DNA of 13,824 nucleotides, taken from the NCBI GenBank assembly GCA_043779265.1, contig JAYWEM010000025.1:1-13824 (forward strand), in the 5' to 3' direction. The position numbers were made by a program, and so were the translations under genes. Shown here one piece after another: positions 7,125-13,824 of the stretch (position 1 is the stretch's first letter; each line of letters opens with the position of its first letter). Source of the stretch: a bacterium (GTDB lineage Bacteria > Eisenbacteria > RBG-16-71-46). The notes beneath the pieces are model-generated. The model saw only the letters and a program-made list of their open reading frames with translations. It was not told where the DNA came from and did no database searches.

Positions 7125-7771
7125 GGGGGCGGCTGATCGCTCTGGCGTGGATGCTGACGGGCTCGGCCTGCTCGGCGGCGACCGGTCCCGAGCTCGAGCC
7201 CTATCGGGCGATGGCCACCTCCGCCCGTGGTGCCCACCTGATCGCCATCGCACAGGCGGCATTGATCGGCGAGCCGAGCGCGTCCACCGACTCGAACGCG
7301 GCCCTCTCGGCGCGCGACTCGCTCGTTCCCGAATGGCCGGCGACGCCGCGCCCGGTCTACGTGACCCTCGTCTCGGGCGGAGCGACGCGCGCCTGTCTCG
7401 GCACCGATTCACCGCTTGGCTCGCTCGAAGGCACGGTGCGCGCACTCGCCACCCGGCTCCTCACGGATGATCGTCGCCGTGCGCCGATCGACTCCGACGA
7501 GCTGGAGCGCCTGCGCTTGGTGATCGCTTTCGCCGGCGTCGCCGAGCCGATTGCCGAGCCCGATCGCGTCGACCCGATGCGCGAGGGCCTGCGCATCGAG
7601 ACCGAGCGAGGCGCCATCGCCTTCTTGCCCGGCGAGGCCCGCACGATCGCGTGGGCGCTGCGCGAGGCGCGCCGTGTCGGCGTGCTGACAGGCGCCACCT
7701 CCGATGCGCGCTTCAGCCGATTCGACGTCGTCACCCTGAGTGGACCCGCGCGAGTGCCTTCGCGCGATTGA
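7121..7771 (+). CDS. Exported (possible lipoprotein) AMMECR1-domain protein, 216 aa
   Basis: GTG at 7121 overlaps the vanW stop (GTGA) and is in frame with the 6830..7771 ORF. The N-terminus MRGRLIALAWMLTGSAC is a basic, hydrophobic, Cys signal (imperfect lipobox). AMMECR1-like motifs occur in order: PVYVTL, TRACLG (canonical LRGCIG), DDRRRAPIDSDELERLRLVI (canonical DPRFxPvxxxEL), DPMREGLRI, AFLPG. Confidence 0.75.
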   Translation: MRGRLIALAWMLTGSACSAATGPELEPYRAMATSARGAHLIAIAQAALIGEPSASTDSNAALSARDSLVPEWPATPRPVYVTLVSGGATRACLGTDSPLGSLEGTVRALATRLLTDDRRRAPIDSDELERLRLVIAFAGVAEPIAEPDRVDPMREGLRIETERGAIAFLPGEARTIAWALREARRVGVLTGATSDARFSRFDVVTLSGPARVPSRD

Positions 7772-7800
7772 ACCCTGCTGCCCGAAAGGAATCCGCGCTC

Positions 7801-10800
7801 ATGTTCCGGTCCGCCCAACGGTTCGTCTGCACTGCGATCCTGATCGCACTCACCGCCACCACAGCGCTCGCCGAGAGCCGCGTGAGCGGACAGGTGGTGG
7901 ACGCCGAGACGCAGAAGCCGGTCGCCAACGCCGATGTCGAACTGGCCAACTCGGGTGGCGGGCAGGGTTACTTCCGCACGCGCACGGATGCCAAAGGCGA
8001 GTTCTCGCTCGAACGCGTGCCCGCTGAGCGCAACTACCTGTTCACCGTTGCGGCCGATGGATTCACCGAGTGGGCGCTCGAAGGCTGGCAATTCCCCGCG
8101 GCCCAGCGCGACATCCGTCTGGTGGTGCCACTCGCGCGGGCCGGTGCGCTGTCCGTGAGCGCGACGCTGAGCGATGGCAAGTCGGTGGTCGCCGGTGCGC
8201 GCGTCACCCTCCGAGGCGAGCGTGGCGGTTCGTGGTGGGAGTCGCGGCAACGAGACCCCGAGCCTCGCTTCACCGACAAGGCGGGCGCGGCGCGATTCGA
8301 TGCGCTCCCGGCCGGTCTCTACACGGTCGAGGTGCAGGCGGCTGGACTTCGGCCACAGGAGTTGCGCCGCGTCTCGGTGCAGCGCGGCGCTCCGACACCG
8401 GTCGCGCTGGCGCTGACGCGGCCCGCGAGTCTCTCGGGGCTCGTGCGTCTGGCCGACTCGAGCGGCGTCGCGGGTGTGACCGTGATCGCGCGGGGGCCTG
8501 CCGAAGTCACGGCCACCACCGACTCCGATGGGGGCTTCACGCTGGCGAACCTGGCGCCCGGCCGTTACCGCGTCGAGGTGGCGCACGAGGGCTTCGAGCC
8601 CGGAGCCGCGCGCGATGGAGCCGCGGTCAAAGAAGGCGAGTCGCGCGACCTCGGAACGATCCGGGTCACGCCCCGCCCGGCCGCCTTCTCGTTCGTGCTC
8701 GAGCGCGAGGTGTTCGTCGCGGCCGCCGAGCCCGGAGACCGCGAGGCGCAGCGCCAGCAGGTCGGACTGCGTGCGTTCCGCGTCGGATCGCTCGAGCTGA
8801 CGCTCTATCGCATTCCCAATGCGCGTCTCCTCGATGGCCAGCGCGACTTCCGTGCGCTCGCGACGGCCGGCGCCGACACGAGCGGGCTGATCCGCACCGA
8901 CGCATGGCGATTCGGTGTGCAGAGTGGCGCGCCCTTCGCGTGGCGCGAGCAGATGCTGCCGCTGCCGAGGGACCAGGAGCCGGGCGCGTACCTGCTCGTC
9001 GGCCGCGCGGGCGCCATCGAGCGCAGGCAGATCTTCTTCGTCAGCGATCTCTCGCTGCTGATCAAGCGCTCCGCGACGCAGGTGGTGGCGTGGGCGGGTG
9101 CGCTGCGCACGGGTGTTCCGGTGCGCGGCGCCAGGCTCTACGCCGTGCAGACGCGTAACGAGCGCAGCATCGGCAGCGGACAGTCCTGGGACATCCCGGT
9201 GGCGGCTGCCGACGGCGAGGGCATCGCGACCGATGCGGAGGGCTTGGCGCGGCTGGCGGCTCCCGGGCGCAGTTCCCAACTTCGCATCGTGGCGATCAGC
9301 GAACGGCACGGCGTGTCGGTGGCCGAGGCGCCGCTCGGGGGCGATGCGACTCGGCAGGGCCAGCTGTTCCTCTTCACCGAGCGTCCGCTCTATCGCCCGG
9401 GGCAGACCGTGTACTGGAAGGCGTTCGCGCGGAAGCAGTCGGCCGAGCGCTACGCGCTGCCCGATCGCACGCAGGTGCGGCTCACGATGTCCGGTCCCGA
9501 TGGCGCCTCACTCGAGCTGCCGGCCGCCGAACTGAGCGCCACCGGCGGCGCCGACGGTTCGCTCGAGTTGCCCGCGGATGTGCCGCTCGGCGAGTGGACG
9601 CTCTCTGCGCATGCGGGCTCGATGTCGGGAACCGCCGCGCTCGGCGTGCAGCACTACCGCAAGCCCGAGTACCAAGTCGAGGTCACGCCCGATCGCGTCG
9701 CCATCGTCGGCGGTGACGAACTGCGATTCTTGGTCGCCGCGAGCTACTTCTTCGGCGCGCCGGTCGTGGGCGCCTCGGTGCGATGGACGTTGTTCGAGAC
9801 ACGGCTCGGCCGTGAGGCGGATCCGTTCGCCGACGGCTGGGAGTCGGGCGAACCCGAAGGCGAGGGCTACGGCCGCATGATCGAGTCCGGCGAGACACGC
9901 ACGGACGTCGACGGCCGTGTCGCGCTCACGTTCACTCCGCCTCGCAGCACGCACGATCGGCGCCTGTCGCTCGAGGTCGAGGTGCTCGATGGCGCGCAGC
10001 GACAGGTGAGTTCGCGCGGCTCGGCCGTCGTCGGACGCGGACTCTTCACACTTCACGTTTCCCCGGTCTCGCGCATGACCGCCGCGGGTCAGCCGATCGT
10101 GGTCGAGGTGCAGGCGAAAGATCACGCCGGCAGGCCCGTCGCCGCCGCGATCACCGTCGACCTCGATCAGGATGTCTGGAACCCGCTCGAGAGGCGCTAC
10201 GTGCGATCGACCCGGCCACTCGCCTCGCTTCCGGTCGAGACCGATGCAACGACCGGCCGCGCGCGCGCCACGATCGCCCCCGTGCTGGCCCGCTCGGGCT
10301 ACCTCATGCTGCGTGCCCGCGCCGAGGATGCGCGAGGCAATCGCATCTCGGCCGAGACCGGCATCTGGGTCTATGACGAGCGCGCGTGGAGCTACGCCTA
10401 TCGCTACCCGTCACTCGAGGTGCTCGCCGATCGCGCGGAGTACGCGCCGGGTGATACGGCGAAGTTGCTGGTCAACACCGACGTCAAAGATGCCCATGTC
10501 CTCGTGAGCGTCGAGGGCCGCGAGTTGCATGAGCTGCGCGTGCAGCACTTGTTCGGCCAGTCGGGGCTGATCCGCGTGCCGCTCAGGGGCTCCTATGGGG
10601 CGAACGCCTTCGTGGCGGTGCACGTTCGCCGCGGCCGCGAGGTGCACTCGCGCGTGCTCGAACTTCCGATCCGTGCCGAGCGCCACGATCTCTCGATCAC
10701 GCTCACACCCGACAAGGCCGAGTACCGCCCGCAGCAGGCCGCCTCGATCGCGATCGAGACCAAGGACGGCTCGGGGCGTCCGGTGGCCGCCGAAGTGGCG

Positions 10801-13110
10801 GTGGGCGTCGTCGACGAGGCGATCTACGCGCTGCGCGCCGACGGCACTCCCAAGTCGCACGACGTGTTCTACGGGCGACAGGCCAACCGCGTCTCGACCA
10901 CGGTCAGCTTCCCGACGCTCTACTTCGCGGGTGCCGACAAGAGCGAGGGCCGCGAGCCACGCCGCGACTTCCGCGATGTCGCGCTGTGGGCGCCGCGCGT
11001 GACGACCGGTGCCGACGGCCGCGGCCGCGTCGAGCTCAAGTGGCCCGACAACCTCACCACCTGGCGCGTCACGGCGCGCGGCGCGACCGAGGCGACGCAG
11101 GTCGGCGAGGCGATCGCGCGAACCCGGGTCTCCAAGGAGCTCGTGGCACGTCTCACCGTGCCGCGCGCCTTCACGGCCGGCGACCAGGCGACGCTCGTGA
11201 CCGTGGTGAGCAATCGTACCGCCTCGCCGCTCACCGGTGTGCGCGAACGCATGAAGGTGACAGGGCCCGCGCAGCTGGTCGGCGGCGCCGAGCGAACGTC
11301 GAGTCTTCCCGCCGATGGCGAGTCGAGGAGCAGCTGGACCGTGCGCACGGAGGCCGAGAGTCCCAAGGACGGCAGCGATTCGAAGCTGACGCTCACCTTC
11401 GGCGCGACGGGCTCGAGCGACGCCGACGCGTTGGAACTGCCGGTGCCCGTGCTGCCGCGCGCAGTGCCGCTCACGCTCAGGGGCGCGGGGAGCACGAACT
11501 TCCCGGCGTTCCGCGAGGCCGTCACAATGCCGGCGGACCTCGTGCGCTCGGGCAGTTCGCTCACCTTGACGCTCTCGCCCGGCGCGGGCGGCGCGGTGCG
11601 CACGGCGGCCGATGCGTTGCTCGCCTACGAGTACGGCTGCACCGAGCAGACAGCCAACGCGCTGCGCGCCACGCTCGCGCTACTCGCCGCGGCGCACAAG
11701 GCGGGCACCACGGTGCCCGGGGCCGATGCGATGCGCGACAAGCTGGCCGGACGGTTCCAGAGGTTGCTGGCGCTCAAGCGCTGGGATGGCGCGTGGGGCT
11801 GGTGGAGCAACGACGACCCCGATCCGTTCATGACGGCGCTCGCGATCGAGGCGCTCGCCATGTGCGTGCAGGGCGACATGCAGAAGGAGGCGGCCCAGAA
11901 CGCACTGCAGGAAGCGCAGTACGGTCTGCAGCGCGCCATGTTCCAGCTACGCGAACCCGACGGCCTCGCGTTCGCGGCCATGCACCTCGCGCGCGTCGCC
12001 GAGTTGCCCGAGGCGAAGCAGCGCCATGCCGACCTGCTGGCGCAGCTCGACGGCGTGGTGGCGAGCCTGGCGGCCCAGAAGGACCAGTTGGGATCGGCCG
12101 GTTCGGCCTGCGCCGCCGTGGCTGCCTCCCGCCTTGGGCGCAGTGCCGATGCCAGGGCCTTCCTCGATCAGACGATGGCGCGCACCATCAAGCGAGGACT
12201 CGACCTGGCCCTTCCCGCCGACCCCGGCGCCGAGGAGCGCTGGTTCGGCGAGCACGACGAGGGCTCGGCCTACGCGCTCATGGCGCTCGCTCGCATCGAC
12301 CCCAAGGACTCGCGTGGCGACGCGCTCGTGCGCGGACTGCTCGCTACGAGGCGCGGCCACATGTGGCGCAGCACGCGCGTGACCGGCCCGGTCGCCGTGG
12401 CGCTCGCCGAGTGGCTGGCCGTGCACCCCGAGCAGTTGTTCCCGGTGGGCGCGGTGAGCGCGCGCTGGAACGGCACGCTCCTCCACCGTGCCGTGCTGGA
12501 CGATGCGTTCGGTGGCGGCGCCACAGTGACGCTCACCGGCCCGCAGCTCCAGCCGGGAGCCAACACGCTCGAGCTGGGCACGGACGGCACGGGCTTGCTC
12601 CTGTGGGCGTGGGAGGCGCGGGCGAACGTGCCGAGTCCGGGCCCTGCGACCGACGCTTCGAGGCTGGCGGTGCAGCGCGAGTACCTGCGCGCCACGCGCG
12701 TCGCCGACCGCCGCGGCCGGCCGCGCTGGCTCGCGGCCCCATTCGACGCGCGCCAGCCGCTCGCCGTCGGCGACGCCGTGCTCGTGCGGCTGACGCTCAC
12801 CGCGCCCAAGGCGCTCTCGCACCTGCTCATCGAGGATCCGCGTCCCGCCGGATTCGAGGTGGATGCCATCCTGCCCGATGGCGCCGAGCGGCCATGGAGC
12901 ACGTCGGGCGAGGTGAGGGACGATCGTTCGGTCTTCTTCGTGGGCTCGCTTCCGCAGGGCCGCAACGTGATCGAGTACCTGCTGCGGCCCGAACTGGAGG
13001 GCACCTACACCGCGCTGCCCACGAGGGCGAGCGCCATGTACGCTCCCGACTTGGTCGTGCGAGGCCGCGAGGAACGGCTCACCGTGGCGCCGCGCCCGGG
13101 TCCCCGCTGA
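7801..13110 (+). CDS. Bacterial alpha-2-macroglobulin family protein with three N-terminal carboxypeptidase-regulatory-like domains, 1769 aa
   Basis: ATG at 7801 with AAAGGA at 7785-7790 and a Sec signal ending TTALA. MG2 motif FLFTERPLYRPGQTVYWK. Also YRKPEYQV, VGVVDEAIYAL, RRDFRDVALW...PDNLTTWRVTARG, thioester YEYGCTEQ (CTEQ at 11638-11649), DGAWGWW, and C-terminal VGDAVLVRL...IEDPRPAGFE...EVRDDR...LPTRASAMYAP. Confidence 0.95.
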   Translation: MFRSAQRFVCTAILIALTATTALAESRVSGQVVDAETQKPVANADVELANSGGGQGYFRTRTDAKGEFSLERVPAERNYLFTVAADGFTEWALEGWQFPAAQRDIRLVVPLARAGALSVSATLSDGKSVVAGARVTLRGERGGSWWESRQRDPEPRFTDKAGAARFDALPAGLYTVEVQAAGLRPQELRRVSVQRGAPTPVALALTRPASLSGLVRLADSSGVAGVTVIARGPAEVTATTDSDGGFTLANLAPGRYRVEVAHEGFEPGAARDGAAVKEGESRDLGTIRVTPRPAAFSFVLEREVFVAAAEPGDREAQRQQVGLRAFRVGSLELTLYRIPNARLLDGQRDFRALATAGADTSGLIRTDAWRFGVQSGAPFAWREQMLPLPRDQEPGAYLLVGRAGAIERRQIFFVSDLSLLIKRSATQVVAWAGALRTGVPVRGARLYAVQTRNERSIGSGQSWDIPVAAADGEGIATDAEGLARLAAPGRSSQLRIVAISERHGVSVAEAPLGGDATRQGQLFLFTERPLYRPGQTVYWKAFARKQSAERYALPDRTQVRLTMSGPDGASLELPAAELSATGGADGSLELPADVPLGEWTLSAHAGSMSGTAALGVQHYRKPEYQVEVTPDRVAIVGGDELRFLVAASYFFGAPVVGASVRWTLFETRLGREADPFADGWESGEPEGEGYGRMIESGETRTDVDGRVALTFTPPRSTHDRRLSLEVEVLDGAQRQVSSRGSAVVGRGLFTLHVSPVSRMTAAGQPIVVEVQAKDHAGRPVAAAITVDLDQDVWNPLERRYVRSTRPLASLPVETDATTGRARATIAPVLARSGYLMLRARAEDARGNRISAETGIWVYDERAWSYAYRYPSLEVLADRAEYAPGDTAKLLVNTDVKDAHVLVSVEGRELHELRVQHLFGQSGLIRVPLRGSYGANAFVAVHVRRGREVHSRVLELPIRAERHDLSITLTPDKAEYRPQQAASIAIETKDGSGRPVAAEVAVGVVDEAIYALRADGTPKSHDVFYGRQANRVSTTVSFPTLYFAGADKSEGREPRRDFRDVALWAPRVTTGADGRGRVELKWPDNLTTWRVTARGATEATQVGEAIARTRVSKELVARLTVPRAFTAGDQATLVTVVSNRTASPLTGVRERMKVTGPAQLVGGAERTSSLPADGESRSSWTVRTEAESPKDGSDSKLTLTFGATGSSDADALELPVPVLPRAVPLTLRGAGSTNFPAFREAVTMPADLVRSGSSLTLTLSPGAGGAVRTAADALLAYEYGCTEQTANALRATLALLAAAHKAGTTVPGADAMRDKLAGRFQRLLALKRWDGAWGWWSNDDPDPFMTALAIEALAMCVQGDMQKEAAQNALQEAQYGLQRAMFQLREPDGLAFAAMHLARVAELPEAKQRHADLLAQLDGVVASLAAQKDQLGSAGSACAAVAASRLGRSADARAFLDQTMARTIKRGLDLALPADPGAEERWFGEHDEGSAYALMALARIDPKDSRGDALVRGLLATRRGHMWRSTRVTGPVAVALAEWLAVHPEQLFPVGAVSARWNGTLLHRAVLDDAFGGGATVTLTGPQLQPGANTLELGTDGTGLLLWAWEARANVPSPGPATDASRLAVQREYLRATRVADRRGRPRWLAAPFDARQPLAVGDAVLVRLTLTAPKALSHLLIEDPRPAGFEVDAILPDGAERPWSTSGEVRDDRSVFFVGSLPQGRNVIEYLLRPELEGTYTALPTRASAMYAPDLVVRGREERLTVAPRPGPR

Positions 13111-13123
13111 GAAAGAGGAAGCC

Positions 13124-13645
13124 ATGCCCCTGATCGCCAAGCCCCGCGCTGATGAGCATCACGAGTACTTCGGTCGCTACATCGCACTGGTGGGCGACGA
13201 CGCATTCACCGCGCTCGCCGGGCAAGCGGCCTCGACGCCGCAGCGCCTCCAGGGCATGACCGAGAGTCAGGCCATGCATCGCTACGCGCCGGACAAGTGG
13301 AGCGTCAAGGATGCGATCCAGCACATGGCCGATGTGGAGCGGGTGTTCGCCTACCGCGCACTGCGCTTCGCGCGCGCCGATTCGACCGAGTTGCCCGGAT
13401 TCGATGAGAACGCCTGGGCGCCGGCGGCAGGAGCCGACCGGCGCAGCGCGAGCGAGTTGCTGTTCGAGTTGGCGGCCGTGCGCGCTGCGACACTCACGCT
13501 GTTCGCGGGTCTCGATCACGAGGCGCTGCTTCGGCGCGGGCGCGCCAATGGCGCCGAGACGAGCGTTCGCGCGATCGCCCACATCATCGCCGGCCACGAG
13601 CGGCATCATCTGGCGGTGCTGAAGGACAAGTACCAGGTCGGCTGA
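13124..13645 (+). CDS. DinB family protein (DinB/YfiT-like putative metal-dependent thiol transferase)
   Basis: AGAGGA SD 13 nt after the A2M stop region. RYAPDKWSVKDAIQHMADVERVFAYRALRFAR, LPGFDEN and IAGHERHH supply the His ligands of the DinB fold. Confidence 0.9.
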   Translation: MPLIAKPRADEHHEYFGRYIALVGDDAFTALAGQAASTPQRLQGMTESQAMHRYAPDKWSVKDAIQHMADVERVFAYRALRFARADSTELPGFDENAWAPAAGADRRSASELLFELAAVRAATLTLFAGLDHEALLRRGRANGAETSVRAIAHIIAGHERHHLAVLKDKYQVG

Positions 13646-13654
13646 GCGGCTGAT

Positions 13655-13693
13655 CCCGGCCGAGCCCGAGCGGCGCCTCGTGCGGGCTCCGGG
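13655..13693 (+). terminator. GC-rich hairpin after dinB (possible terminator or RNA stability element, no U-tract)
   Basis: CCCG..GAGCCCG (13655-13668) pairs with CGGGCTC-CGGG (13683-13693). No poly-T follows. Confidence 0.3.
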
Positions 13694-13701
13694 GTGCGTG
13701 G

Positions 13702-13731
13702 TTTCCAGCCCCGCCGCCGGGTTGCTACCTT
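13702..13731 (+). promoter_or_regulatory. Candidate sigma70-type promoter for the next gene beyond the window
   Basis: TTTCCA/TTCCAG, a 17-18 nt spacer, then extended -10 TGcTACCTT (13723-13731) in otherwise very GC-rich intergenic DNA. Confidence 0.3.
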
Positions 13732-13824
13732 GTAGCCGCATCCCGCCACTCTCCCCGTGGGTGCCGGGCCCATTCCGGGCCGCGGCCCCGACTCCTCGAG
13801 TGACCGTCTCCCGGAGCCCCGCTT

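Noticed and set aside
7651..7800. Earlier start for A2M
   Set aside because: Overlaps the AMMECR1 gene. ATG 7801 has an SD and begins a signal peptide.
7357..13140. Long alternative-frame and antisense ORFs over the A2M gene (7357..9309 -, 10986..13133 +, 11947..13140 -, 8070..9158 +)
   Set aside because: Arg/Ala/Gly-rich shadow ORFs expected in high-GC coding DNA. They have no motifs and overlap a clearly identified gene.
13740..13824. Possible tRNA/ncRNA or start of the next CDS (GTG at 13800)
   Set aside because: No tRNA T-loop or cloverleaf was recognised, and too little sequence remains to support a CDS.
1..13824. CRISPR array, IS transposase, integrase, rRNA
   Set aside because: No regularly spaced DNA repeats and no DDE, recombinase or rRNA signatures were seen.

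Overview
High-GC bacterial window, plausibly Candidatus Eisenbacteria or a related FCB-adjacent lineage (inferred from protein styles only). Four blocks are visible. (1) 1-3143 (+): a 5'-truncated beta-helix/tailspike-like ORF, coupled by an ATGA overlap to a secreted 8-repeat propeller-like protein with a T9SS-like C-terminal domain. (2) A HisN-type inositol monophosphatase family gene (+) convergent with a CPBP/CAAX intramembrane metalloprotease (-). (3) A broken HNH-endonuclease-family gene (-): the first half of the HNH motif is missing, the rest is out of frame, and the gene carries several DNA palindromes. (4) A compact + strand operon: exported VanW protein, exported (possibly lipoprotein) AMMECR1-domain protein, a 1769-aa alpha-2-macroglobulin (three N-terminal carboxypeptidase-regulatory-like domains, intact CTEQ thioester, very short bait) and a DinB protein. 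The VanW-AMMECR1-A2M module has no pbpC or yfa partners in the window and is the best candidate for an undescribed envelope-defence system. No RNA genes or CRISPR arrays were recognised. All family calls come from reading motifs by eye, not from database searches.
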